From the sequence record PX068456.1: a stretch of 64,000 nt of DNA. One strand, 5' to 3'. Both the position numbers and the translations under genes were made by a program. The notes under the pieces were generated by a model. That model had not been told where the DNA came from and did no database searches. It saw nothing but the letters and a program-made list of their open reading frames with translations. The stretch's first letter is position 1, and every line of letters starts with the position of its first letter. The DNA comes from a phage. This document shows positions 35,140 through 44,430 of this stretch, one piece after another.

Positions 35140-36243
35140 ATGTCCAGTCCTTTTATCAGTGCCGTAAAAAGCAAACCGTCTGAAATGAGTGTATTCACGG
35201 CAACAACAGAAAAAAGTAAGTCTTTGTTTGCTCCAAGTGCTATGGATGCAAGCCCTGTATATGCCCCTGCTGTTGCACGACCTGTACAAATGCTGCCTCC
35301 AATGTCTCGTGAAGAGATTGAACAAGTTGGTGCTGATGCAGGACTTACTCTTCGTAACCTTAATGCTGAAGTGCTTAAACACCAGCGTTCATCTCAGGGG
35401 GATGAAATGAGTGAACGTTTAACTGCACTTATTAAGCAAGCAAAGCAACTTGATCCTAATTCTATTAAACAATCTAAAGGCTTAGGTAAACTAGTTAAGA
35501 AAGTATTAGGTATGAAAGAAGATTTGTTTGGTGAATTTGACACCATCAATAATCGTATTGAAGGTTTGGTAAAGACACTCCAAACAGACTTGAAAAAAGA
35601 AGAAGATTCTTTACGATATCTGCAACGTTTAGAAGAGGCTATTGCAAAATATGCTCTTAGCTTAAACAGGGATATAGAGCTTCTAACAGCTACTTATGAA
35701 AAAGAAGAAGTTCGCCTTAATACACTACCTGAAAATGAAGTAGAAGAGCGTCAACGTACTCGTGATACTATGGATCTGCTTGAAATTCGTATTGCAGACC
35801 TGAAAGCCTTGCGTTTACTGTGTGTTCAGATGGGGCCACGTGTACAAAGTATGCAGAAAGTATCTGCAAGTTTGATGCGATCAGCCCGTAATATTGTGAA
35901 TAATGTTATTCCTGCTTACTCTGCAAACTTTTCTATGTATATTGAAAGTCTACGCCAGAAGAAAGCAGCCGATACACAGAACAATGTACTGAATGAATTT
36001 AATGCGGCTATTGCAATGGGTAGTGATCTGGCTGCACAAAACCAAATTGAAGCTACGCAACTTGCTAATCGTCAAGTATTGGATATTGAAACATTACGTC
36101 GCGATCAAGAAAACTTAGTTAAAATGTTGGAAGAAACTAACCGAATCAACACTGAAGCCCGTGCTGCTCGTATTGATTACATTCAAGAAGTGCAATCTCT
36201 TGAAGATGGTATGATTCAAACTGTTAAACGTGGTCTACTTTAA
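35140..36243 (+). CDS. TelA/KlaA-like toxic-anion-resistance family protein (coiled-coil)
   Basis: size 367 aa, coiled-coil composition and context next to TerC/TerD/vWA; family call by resemblance only. Confidence 0.4.
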   Translation: MSSPFISAVKSKPSEMSVFTATTEKSKSLFAPSAMDASPVYAPAVARPVQMLPPMSREEIEQVGADAGLTLRNLNAEVLKHQRSSQGDEMSERLTALIKQAKQLDPNSIKQSKGLGKLVKKVLGMKEDLFGEFDTINNRIEGLVKTLQTDLKKEEDSLRYLQRLEEAIAKYALSLNRDIELLTATYEKEEVRLNTLPENEVEERQRTRDTMDLLEIRIADLKALRLLCVQMGPRVQSMQKVSASLMRSARNIVNNVIPAYSANFSMYIESLRQKKAADTQNNVLNEFNAAIAMGSDLAAQNQIEATQLANRQVLDIETLRRDQENLVKMLEETNRINTEARAARIDYIQEVQSLEDGMIQTVKRGLL

Positions 36244-36256
36244 GGAGAAATATATT

Positions 36257-36463
36257 ATGAATATTAAAATTTACAAACTGTCTGGTTCTATGATCGCTGT
36301 CCAGTATGACAATGAAGATCGTTATGTTCTCCTCCAGGATGCCTGGTTAGATGATCCTAATGTATTTACTGTCCTGCGAGAACTACGTTCTGTCTATACC
36401 TATTCTTCTAAAGATGGTTTTGATAGTTCAACGATGGAATTGGTAAAAGAGGAGAATGTGTAA
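36257..36463 (+). CDS. hypothetical small protein (68 aa)
   Basis: ORF track frame; ATG 36257 after AAGGAGAAAT. Confidence 0.45.
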   Translation: MNIKIYKLSGSMIAVQYDNEDRYVLLQDAWLDDPNVFTVLRELRSVYTYSSKDGFDSSTMELVKEENV

Positions 36464-36663
36464 TGAATAAAGATATTCACTTAACTCGTGAAGAATTACA
36501 AACCATTATGGAAGATGCTTTCATTGATGGTTGGAAACAAGGTCAAGAGTCAGATTGGTATGATGCCGAAGACTTTTTGTATTATCATATGACTGCACCT
36601 GTAGACGAGCAAACACATTCTGAAACAACTTTGGCTTTAATTGATCTTAAGGCTGGTGTATAA
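36463..36663 (+). CDS. hypothetical small acidic protein (66 aa)
   Basis: ORF track; coupled starts. Confidence 0.45.
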   Translation: MNKDIHLTREELQTIMEDAFIDGWKQGQESDWYDAEDFLYYHMTAPVDEQTHSETTLALIDLKAGV

Positions 36664-37226
36664 TGGGATGTTTTAGTTTCTTGTGCAAAGAGTCTGGTAA
36701 TGCTGCTCTTTCTACCTCTTTCGATGGTTCTCCTTGCTACCTATTTCTTTTGAAAGGTGGTAAAGTTGTTGAAGAGATGTATGGCAATTATGATAGCTAT
36801 GGTAGTGTTTTCTCTAATGAAGAAGATAAACATGGCAATCGTAAAAGATTTAAGTGGTCTATGCCTTGGGAAGAAGTTTGTAATTTGATGTTCTCTTCCG
36901 ATCTTGGAGATGGTATCGCTATGGTATTAGAAGAGCACTTTACAGGTGAGATCCCAACAGAAAGATCTGAAGAAGACCCTAACCAGGGTTGGGGTGATGG
37001 AGAAGAAGATCCAGATTGCTTCTTCAGCACTGAAAATAATAAATTTAAACGTGTTGACAATCCTTACCACAAAGTGCATAATACTTGCATTGAGACAGAA
37101 GAAGACTCAAAGCTAGAAATTGAAGATGATTTAGTTGTAACTATCTCTTTAAACGAGTTGCAAAAGATCACCAGAGAGGCTTTCTATTTAGGCTGGAGGG
37201 CAGGTAAAGGAGAAGACAGTGCTTAA
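36663..37226 (+). CDS. hypothetical protein (187 aa)
   Basis: ORF track. Confidence 0.5.
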   Translation: MGCFSFLCKESGNAALSTSFDGSPCYLFLLKGGKVVEEMYGNYDSYGSVFSNEEDKHGNRKRFKWSMPWEEVCNLMFSSDLGDGIAMVLEEHFTGEIPTERSEEDPNQGWGDGEEDPDCFFSTENNKFKRVDNPYHKVHNTCIETEEDSKLEIEDDLVVTISLNELQKITREAFYLGWRAGKGEDSA

Positions 37227-37488
37227 ATTTAATATCAAAGACGATAAATCAGATGAACCTAAATGTTTTGGAGAACTTGACGCAGGTGATACATTCGTAT
37301 ATTATGTTGCGTATCAAGATTCTGGTTTAGATACGTTCAGAAACTTAGTGTTTATTAAAGTTAATACAAACCAAGCAATGTGTCTGAACGGTTCACAAAG
37401 AGGTCAACTTAGCTGTATTTCATATGATACAGAAATGGTAGAAGTGGATTTAGAAGTTACTAACATTACACTCAGAAAGGAGAAATAA
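37219..37488 (+). CDS. hypothetical protein (89 aa), GTG start
   Basis: ORF track; AAAGGAGAAGACA RBS. Confidence 0.45.
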   Translation: MLKFNIKDDKSDEPKCFGELDAGDTFVYYVAYQDSGLDTFRNLVFIKVNTNQAMCLNGSQRGQLSCISYDTEMVEVDLEVTNITLRKEK

Positions 37489-37489
37489 T

Positions 37490-38284
37490 ATGTCCAATAA
37501 AATCAGTCTTAAAAAACGTCAAGAAACTCTTACTGTATCTCTGCGTAAGAAAAAGATTAACGATGTTGTTCTTCGTGTCGGTAGCGCCTTAGATATTTCG
37601 GGTAGTATGTGTGAGCTGTATCGTGATGGCACTGTTAGTGATTTTGTAGGTAAACTGCTGCCGTTTGGTATGAAGTTTGATGACAATGCACAGATTGACA
37701 TGTGGGCTTTCAATAGTTCTTCTTTTGAACTGCCTCCTGCAACGGCTGATGTGTATGATGATTATGTCGGCTCTTGCATGTCTAATGTTTGCATCAATGG
37801 TGGTACTGCTTATGCTCCAGTAATGCAGGAGATCTATGATACATACTTCGGTAGTGTACCTATGAAAAATATTACACGCGAAGTCGTTGAGTATGAAGAA
37901 GTCCCAGCTAAGGGTTTCCTTGCTAAACTAACTGGTAAAAAAGAACTTGTAGAAGTAACACGTACTGTTGTAGAACAGGTTGTAGATACTGATGCACAAG
38001 TTGATCGTACTCCTGCAATGATTTTCTTCCAAACTGACGGGGAAAACATGGATACTTCAGCAGTACGTAGCTTACTGAACAAACACCGCAATACGCCTGT
38101 TTACTGGTTTATGGTTGGTGTAGGTAATGCAAACTTTAAATTCCTGAAAGACTTGGCAAAAGAGTACGATAATGTTGATTTTATCGGTATTGCAGATTTG
38201 TCCTTGTCTGATGAAGAACTTTACGATAAATTGTTATCTGAAGAGTTTGGTGAGTGGGTTAAAAAATTCGGAGCAAAAGCGTAA
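37490..38284 (+). CDS. von Willebrand factor A (vWA) domain protein, TerY-like
   Basis: MIDAS motif LDISGSM plus GGTAYAP; adjacent to TerD. Confidence 0.6.
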   Translation: MSNKISLKKRQETLTVSLRKKKINDVVLRVGSALDISGSMCELYRDGTVSDFVGKLLPFGMKFDDNAQIDMWAFNSSSFELPPATADVYDDYVGSCMSNVCINGGTAYAPVMQEIYDTYFGSVPMKNITREVVEYEEVPAKGFLAKLTGKKELVEVTRTVVEQVVDTDAQVDRTPAMIFFQTDGENMDTSAVRSLLNKHRNTPVYWFMVGVGNANFKFLKDLAKEYDNVDFIGIADLSLSDEELYDKLLSEEFGEWVKKFGAKA

Positions 38285-38293
38285 AAAAAACGC

Positions 38294-38322
38294 TTGACTT
38301 TGTAGAAAAGATTAGTAAAATA
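38294..38322 (+). promoter_or_regulatory. sigma70-like promoter TTGACT-17-TAAAAT upstream of TerD gene
   Basis: hexamers read directly. Confidence 0.45.
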
Positions 38323-38358
38323 GACAACGTAAATTAACAACAAAGGAGATAATAAATT

Positions 38359-38955
38359 ATGACTCAGAAAATTTCCCTGAAAAAAGGTTCTAGCGAAAAA
38401 GTTTCTCTGAAAAAGATCGCACCAGCACTGAAACGCATTCGTCTGGAATTCTCTTGGAAATCTAACGAAAAACTGGATCTGGATGTTAGTGCTCTGATTT
38501 GCCGACACAATGCATCTGGTCTGCCGGAACTGTTGTCTCCTCGTCACCTGGTGTGCTACGCACAGAAATTTGATCCTGAACGTTCTACTTTTGCAGGTGA
38601 AGATGTTCGTGATGGTGTAGGACAGATGGAGCAGATTGATGTTACACTGGATAATATCTCTGCTGAAGCACAGGAAATTGCATTCGTAATTACTATTGAT
38701 GACGAAACGGGTAAGAAACGCCTTGGTCACGCTACCGAAGGTTTCCTTAAAATCTTCGATGATGAACGTAATGTTGAACTGCTGGACTTTGACTTCTTGG
38801 CTCCAGAACTTGCAGGTAACACCATTTGCCACGTTGCCTCCCTGGTGCGAGAAGATAGCGAATGGAAACTGAAAGCATATGGTGTAGGTAAAGCTGGGCT
38901 TGACATTTACGATGTAGTTAAAGCGTTTGGCGCTGGCGAAGATTGGTTCGAGTAA
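38359..38955 (+). CDS. TerD-family stress protein
   Basis: N-terminal ISLKKG..VSLKK, DLDVSA, FAGEDVRDG, FVITI and C-terminal GEW-type signature match TerD architecture. Confidence 0.65.
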   Translation: MTQKISLKKGSSEKVSLKKIAPALKRIRLEFSWKSNEKLDLDVSALICRHNASGLPELLSPRHLVCYAQKFDPERSTFAGEDVRDGVGQMEQIDVTLDNISAEAQEIAFVITIDDETGKKRLGHATEGFLKIFDDERNVELLDFDFLAPELAGNTICHVASLVREDSEWKLKAYGVGKAGLDIYDVVKAFGAGEDWFE

Positions 38956-38975
38956 TACATCAAGTAATAAATCAT

Positions 38976-38991
38976 AGCGCCCTTCGGGGCG
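38976..38991 (+). terminator. hairpin GCGCCCttcgGGGCGC
   Basis: GC stem after TerD gene. Confidence 0.4.
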
Positions 38992-39019
38992 CATATTTGA
39001 AATAAAAGAGGAGAAAACA

Positions 39020-39622
39020 ATGAGTATTACTTTAGAAGGTCAAAAACTTATTCGTAGCGGCAATTTTCTTGTAGATATTGACAACAATGAAGATTATGCT
39101 TTAGAAGTTAGTGATGTGCTGTTTGATGCTTTGCAGTCTGGTTTCAATTTTGAAGTTTATGAAGTAATCCGTGGAACTAAACTCAGAGAAACCCTTGGAT
39201 CATCTAGTGATGTTTATTCGGCAATCTGGCAATATTTCGGGTTAATGGAGGGTAAGACATATCTTACTGATAGTTATTCTGAAGATGTTGTTTATCTTGA
39301 TATGGAAGAGTTTCGTCGTCTGTTCAAAAGTGAAGAAAATGAAGAAGAGGGTGAACTTTTTGAAGGAATTACTCTCGAAGGTAATGTTGAAATTGTGTAT
39401 AAAGCAGGAAAAACATTCCACTTACGCGAGAACGGTAAAGCAAAAGTTGATTTTGTAAACAAGACAGTGACAACTGAACATAATTATCTTAAAGATGGTC
39501 AACCAGCTTTTGAACGTGTAAAAATTAAATTTAAAGTGTTGTCTGCACTAGTTACGGATCAAGAACGTATTGATTTTGTAGAAGATGGTGTAGTAACTCA
39601 TACAAAGGTTTACAATATCTAA
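39020..39622 (+). CDS. hypothetical protein (200 aa)
   Basis: ORF track; RBS AAAGAGGAGAAAAC. Confidence 0.5.
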   Translation: MSITLEGQKLIRSGNFLVDIDNNEDYALEVSDVLFDALQSGFNFEVYEVIRGTKLRETLGSSSDVYSAIWQYFGLMEGKTYLTDSYSEDVVYLDMEEFRRLFKSEENEEEGELFEGITLEGNVEIVYKAGKTFHLRENGKAKVDFVNKTVTTEHNYLKDGQPAFERVKIKFKVLSALVTDQERIDFVEDGVVTHTKVYNI

Positions 39623-39714
39623 CAGGGTGTAAGAGGGGGATTATCCCCCTCCACTTGCAAAATAGCCTCTTCTGTGTTACAATAAAAGTTCGTTTAACAA
39701 AATAGGAGGCAAGT

Positions 39715-40224
39715 TTGTCAATAAAAACCTTTGTCGCAATTGCGTTACTATCCTTAACTGCTTTTACATTTACACCTGTTGTGGCGCAAGCCGAAGCTGC
39801 AAACGTAAAAACTGCTAAAGTAGTTCACAAGTGTACAAAGCGTGATAGTAAAGAAAATCTATTAGCTTGTGCAATCTATGCAGAAAGTCGTAATCAAGGA
39901 AAGCGCGGTATGTCTGCTGTTGGTAATGTAGTATTGAATAGGGCGAGAGATTCATATTTCCCTGATACTATAAAAGAAGTTTTGTTTCAAAAAGGACAAT
40001 TCTCTTACACGAAGACATTCAACGTTATGGAACACGATAAGTGGAAAGACGCTAAAGCTATAGCAGAACGTCTACTTTATCTCGATAACCATTTTCCAGA
40101 ATTACGAATTGCATTAGATATTACAAAAGGAGCACTATACTTTAAAAAATCTACAATAAGAGCACACTGGGAAAAAGATATGGTTCTAGTGTACCGCTAC
40201 AAAGAACATCAATTCTATCGCTAA
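39715..40224 (+). CDS. SleB-like cell-wall hydrolase with signal peptide (TTG start)
   Basis: CAIYAESRNQG...VGNVVLNRARDSYFPDTIKEVLFQKGQF resembles Hydrolase_2/SleB signature. Confidence 0.45.
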   Translation: MSIKTFVAIALLSLTAFTFTPVVAQAEAANVKTAKVVHKCTKRDSKENLLACAIYAESRNQGKRGMSAVGNVVLNRARDSYFPDTIKEVLFQKGQFSYTKTFNVMEHDKWKDAKAIAERLLYLDNHFPELRIALDITKGALYFKKSTIRAHWEKDMVLVYRYKEHQFYR

Positions 40225-40234
40225 GGAGATATAG

Positions 40235-40513
40235 ATGAAAGATGGCGTTATCGTTGCAAGTTATCTTGTTATTGGTCTTACAGAAGAGGATGTACATTAC
40301 ATTAGGAAACATTTAGAACAGTTTGCAATGATGTTCATCGAAGACGAAGACAATGTGGATGTTTATTCAATTGAAATGATCAATGATAACGTCTATCCTT
40401 GTATAGCTTTACGAGTCGATGAAGATGTTTGGGAACGTTTTTCACGTAGTCACGATAATGTTGAATGTTCTATGGTTATGTCACAAAACAACATACTGGG
40501 AGTGTTACACTGA
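40235..40513 (+). CDS. hypothetical protein (92 aa)
   Basis: ORF track; RBS TAAGGAGATATAG. Confidence 0.45.
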   Translation: MKDGVIVASYLVIGLTEEDVHYIRKHLEQFAMMFIEDEDNVDVYSIEMINDNVYPCIALRVDEDVWERFSRSHDNVECSMVMSQNNILGVLH

Positions 40514-40743
40514 TGGCTGATGTTATTGAAGTTAACTTTAAAACAAAAAAGAAAGTTGATAAGTATACAATCTTAAAAAATATTTGCGTTGTGTGCTTCA
40601 ATTCTGTAATATATGACTCACGTAAGGGCGAAAATGAAAATGAACCTTACATCCAGATTTCTAAAGGTAAAGGGCAGTGTATCTGCAAAAACTGCGCTGT
40701 AGCAATTAAGGAGGTTGTAGATGAAAACCATTGGGATCAATGA
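40513..40743 (+). CDS. small zinc-ribbon protein (76 aa)
   Basis: CVVCF...CICKNC cysteine pairs; ORF track frame. Confidence 0.4.
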   Translation: MADVIEVNFKTKKKVDKYTILKNICVVCFNSVIYDSRKGENENEPYIQISKGKGQCICKNCAVAIKEVVDENHWDQ

Positions 40744-40915
40744 TACTGGTGAAGTTGTAAAATCTTGGGATGATCTTAGTGGTATCCCTACAGATAAACT
40801 GATTAAACTGCGTGATGTTTGTCGTGATCATCTTAACGAAACATATAAAGAGTATATGGAAGCACGAGATCACAGTTTAGCTATCCAAATGGAACTCGCA
40901 AAACGTAATCAATAG
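40721..40915 (+). CDS. hypothetical small protein (64 aa)
   Basis: ORF track; AAGGAGG RBS. Confidence 0.4.
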   Translation: MKTIGINDTGEVVKSWDDLSGIPTDKLIKLRDVCRDHLNETYKEYMEARDHSLAIQMELAKRNQ

Positions 40916-40972
40916 GTAAAACCATTTGGACTTTTTAGTCTAAAAATGCTAAAGTAATAATACGGAGGGAGT

Positions 40973-41536
40973 ATGATATTTCACATAACTCCCTATCTTT
41001 CTGGAGATATTGGAAAAGGTATCAATGACACAATAAGTGTCTTACCAGAAGATAGTTGGATTTGCCTAAGAGACATTGATACAATGTTTCTTCTTCCAGA
41101 ACAACCTGCTTGGTTGGAATCAATAGTCCGTTCAAATCCTGATTTTGATGTTCTTGGTGCATCTTGTAATAGATTGGGATCAACATATCAATTATTTAAT
41201 AATGAAAGAAGTGAAGATCCAAATATATTACACCACATTGAGATTGCAAAAAGAGCACATCTAGAATGGGGAAACTCAGTAGAGGAAGTACCTACAGATG
41301 CTATCTTAGCAGGATTCTTTCTTCTCTTTCGTAAGAGTCTGTGGAATGAAATCCCTTTTGAGGAAAGATCAATACAGTTTGATATAATTTTCTCTAAAGC
41401 ATTACACGCTAACAATAAAAGGCTAGGTTTACTACGTGGGTTATATTTATTTCACACATACCGTTTAGGTAATGATGATCCTAGAAAAGCTGTTTCACAC
41501 CTTTTACATTGTCAAGACATGAATAAAATTATTTAA
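40973..41536 (+). CDS. putative glycosyltransferase-like protein (DxD-type, GT-A-like)
   Basis: LRDIDTMF DxD-like motif; context next to three other glycosyltransferases. Confidence 0.35.
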   Translation: MIFHITPYLSGDIGKGINDTISVLPEDSWICLRDIDTMFLLPEQPAWLESIVRSNPDFDVLGASCNRLGSTYQLFNNERSEDPNILHHIEIAKRAHLEWGNSVEEVPTDAILAGFFLLFRKSLWNEIPFEERSIQFDIIFSKALHANNKRLGLLRGLYLFHTYRLGNDDPRKAVSHLLHCQDMNKII

Positions 41537-41545
41537 GGAGTTATT

Positions 41546-42232
41546 TTGGAAAATACAAAAATTGGTGTTGGTGTTATTACTGTAGGTAAGCGTCCTCTTA
41601 AAGATTATCTTGTGACTGATCCTAATGCTACTTTTGTTGTACAGTATGATCGGGAACGAAAAGGTGTTGCATATGCCCGTAATGAACTGATGAAAAAGTT
41701 TTATGATGAAGGGTATGATTACTGGTTTATTTTTGATGATGATTGCTATCCGGTTGTGCCAGGTTGGGAAACATATTTTGTAAAACAGGCTAAGGAAAAT
41801 GGCTGGGATTTCTTTGGTATGCCTGAATATTTTAAAGATAAAGTAAAAGGTATTGAAGGTGAAGTGGTTATTTGGGAACTAGGTATGTGCCAGTTTGGTA
41901 TGTATTCCCGTGCAGTTATTGAGAAAGCTGGCTATTTCCGTTCATACACCCACGGTTATGGATATGAAGATGCAGAGTGGATTCAGCGCGTTCCACTGGC
42001 AGGTTTGAACCGAGGTATTCACGGCGTACCATGTCCTATTCGAATTATGGCGTTTATCCATCCTGACGATGTGTTTGGAGATAATCCTTTACCTTTTGCA
42101 AATCTGTCAAAAGAAGAGAAAGAACAGGGGATTGGTGTAAACTGGGAACAATATAAACAATCACTGGAGGATCTTCGCAATGGTAAAACTTTTATCTCTT
42201 ATGAGGAGGCTCAAAAATATGGTAAATCCTAA
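41546..42232 (+). CDS. glycosyltransferase family 2-like protein (TTG start)
   Basis: YDYWFIFDDDCYP DxD motif and YGYEDAEW. Confidence 0.5.
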   Translation: MENTKIGVGVITVGKRPLKDYLVTDPNATFVVQYDRERKGVAYARNELMKKFYDEGYDYWFIFDDDCYPVVPGWETYFVKQAKENGWDFFGMPEYFKDKVKGIEGEVVIWELGMCQFGMYSRAVIEKAGYFRSYTHGYGYEDAEWIQRVPLAGLNRGIHGVPCPIRIMAFIHPDDVFGDNPLPFANLSKEEKEQGIGVNWEQYKQSLEDLRNGKTFISYEEAQKYGKS

Positions 42233-43193
42233 TACTCCTGTACTTAAGTGTGATAATAAGTTAGGCAGTGGTTGTGATTACCATCGTATTGTAATGCCAT
42301 TTGCGGGAAATACGTTTAAGCCTAAGAAAGACGTTTTAGTTTTTAATAGAGTGTATTCTCGTGGATCAGACGAAGTTAAACGCCTGAAGGCACAAGGTGT
42401 TAAGATTATTGTTGATTTAGATGACTTTTATTCGCTTAATCCTGAACATTATATGGCTGGCGTATTTACTAATCACTCAAAGACTATTGTAGAGATGGTT
42501 AAGTTAGCAGATGTTGTTACTGTAACAACAGAATACCTAGCTTACAAAATTCGTCATTTAAATCGTAATGTTGTCGTTATTAGAAACGCACTACCTTACG
42601 ATGAAGGTCAATTTACTTTGACAAAAGACCGTTATTCTGACACGCCTATCGTTTGGGCTGGAGGAGCAAGCCATGAACCTGATTTATCTCTTGTAGCTAA
42701 CACATTTGATGATACGCTATTGACAATTGCAGGGTATGAAGTGTATCCTTCTGCACCTGTTGGAAATAATAGTCAGTATCTAACTACTGCGGAGTGGGTT
42801 AAAGTAAAACGTAAAATTCCAAATGCACAGTATAAACCAGCTATTAAAAATTTAGGTGAGTATATGTCTGTGTATGACGGTCACAGTATTGCAATTGCTC
42901 CTCTGGTAGATAATGACTTCAACAACTGTAAAAGCAATCTGAAGATTTTGGAAGCAGGTGCAAAGGGTCTTCCTATTATCTGTTCTCCTGTGCTGCCGTA
43001 CTTCAATCCTGTGGATGCAAAGGCTGTTATTTATGCAGACTCCAAAGCATCTTGGCATTATGAAGTTGTCAAGCTAATGAGGAACCCTAGATACACAGAA
43101 GATCGTGGTATGATGCTTGCAGAACACGTTCGTCTTAATTATAATCTTGCAGATGCCAATGAACTGCGTCGTCAAGTTATTGAAAGTCTTTAA
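42219..43193 (+). CDS. GT-B-fold glycosyltransferase (paralogue 1)
   Basis: KSNLKILEAGAKGLPIICSP resembles GT1/GT4 E..G..EA.A.G.P motif; paralogous to 43205 ORF. Confidence 0.5.
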   Translation: MVNPNTPVLKCDNKLGSGCDYHRIVMPFAGNTFKPKKDVLVFNRVYSRGSDEVKRLKAQGVKIIVDLDDFYSLNPEHYMAGVFTNHSKTIVEMVKLADVVTVTTEYLAYKIRHLNRNVVVIRNALPYDEGQFTLTKDRYSDTPIVWAGGASHEPDLSLVANTFDDTLLTIAGYEVYPSAPVGNNSQYLTTAEWVKVKRKIPNAQYKPAIKNLGEYMSVYDGHSIAIAPLVDNDFNNCKSNLKILEAGAKGLPIICSPVLPYFNPVDAKAVIYADSKASWHYEVVKLMRNPRYTEDRGMMLAEHVRLNYNLADANELRRQVIESL

Positions 43194-43204
43194 CAAGGAG
43201 CCAT

Positions 43205-44149
43205 ATGCCTAATATTATTCTTGACACACGTGGACATGAAAGGTATAGTGTATGTGATTTTCATAGAATCATTTTGCCATATAAACGCAAACTGACCATT
43301 AATCCTAAGCATAATATTTTTGTGTTCAATGGAGTACCAACTCGTGGAAAGCCAGGTTTCCTGGCTCTTAAACAACTTGGGTTTAAATTGGTAATGGATC
43401 TGGATGATTCTTTAATTATTCCTGAAGGGCATATGTTGGAAGGATTATTTGAAAATCAAATCCGAGACGACCTAAAATGGTTCCTTGAAAGAAGCGATCT
43501 TGTAACTACAACAACTCCAGCATTAAAGGTTGAATTAAGCCAATACAATGATAATGTACATATTGTGCCTAACGGACTACCTTTTGATGAAGGGCAGTTT
43601 GTTCTTACTAAAGATCGTTATTCTAAAAGCCCACTGGTTTGGGCGGGAAGTGAAACACATAAACATGATTTAGCAATTCTTCCTACTTTTGGTAAAGATT
43701 TAACGTTATGTGGATTTCGTAGAGATCACGAAGAGTTAAGTAGTGCTCAATGGTTGCAAATTAAAGAAGAGATTCAACCAGATTGTGTTTATGAAGGTAT
43801 TCGTCCTTATGAGTGTTATATGGAGGCATACGATGGTCATCAAATCTCCATAGCTCCATTAGTAAATAATCATTTTAATAATGCCAAAAGTAATTTAAAA
43901 ATTCTTGAGGCTGGTGCTAAAGGTTTGCCACTCGTTTGTTCTCCACGAGAGAACTACTATACGGAAGAATTTAAAGATCTAATCTTCTTTGCTGATTCAG
44001 TTAAAGAGTGGAAAGATGTTGTAGAATACTTAATCGAATCTCCTGATGTTTGTATTGAGAAAGGATTAGCTCTTGCTAAGTATGTAAGAGATAACTACAA
44101 TATTGATGATTTAAATGAAACCCGCAGACTGCTTATCGAGGATTTATAA
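43205..44149 (+). CDS. GT-B-fold glycosyltransferase (paralogue 2)
   Basis: shares LPFDEGQF.LTKDRYS, YDGH.I.IAPLV.N.FNN.KSNLKILEAGAKGLP with 42219 ORF. Confidence 0.5.
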   Translation: MPNIILDTRGHERYSVCDFHRIILPYKRKLTINPKHNIFVFNGVPTRGKPGFLALKQLGFKLVMDLDDSLIIPEGHMLEGLFENQIRDDLKWFLERSDLVTTTTPALKVELSQYNDNVHIVPNGLPFDEGQFVLTKDRYSKSPLVWAGSETHKHDLAILPTFGKDLTLCGFRRDHEELSSAQWLQIKEEIQPDCVYEGIRPYECYMEAYDGHQISIAPLVNNHFNNAKSNLKILEAGAKGLPLVCSPRENYYTEEFKDLIFFADSVKEWKDVVEYLIESPDVCIEKGLALAKYVRDNYNIDDLNETRRLLIEDL

Positions 44150-44418
44150 TGAACACTTTTGATTTTGAGTATAAACAAGATAATAAAGAACCTATTATTG
44201 TTGAAGTAGATTACTATTATGAAGAACCTAATCCTTTTTCACGAGAAAGTGATTGGGATTATTATGGTGGCCTTATTGTTGATGGTATTAGGTTCTATTC
44301 TGGTACAAAAGAACTTTTTGATATAGATATTTCACCATCGGAAATTGTTTACCAATTTAAGAAACATATGGAAGATTTGGAAATGCAATATATTATGGAG
44401 ACAAACGAATCATTTTAG
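44149..44418 (+). CDS. hypothetical protein (89 aa)
   Basis: ORF track. Confidence 0.45.
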   Translation: MNTFDFEYKQDNKEPIIVEVDYYYEEPNPFSRESDWDYYGGLIVDGIRFYSGTKELFDIDISPSEIVYQFKKHMEDLEMQYIMETNESF

Positions 44419-44430
44419 TAGGAGAATCAT

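Noticed and set aside
39020-39622. Second TerD-family gene downstream of TerD
   Set aside because: Despite position and similar size, none of the TerD signature motifs are recognisable; left as hypothetical.
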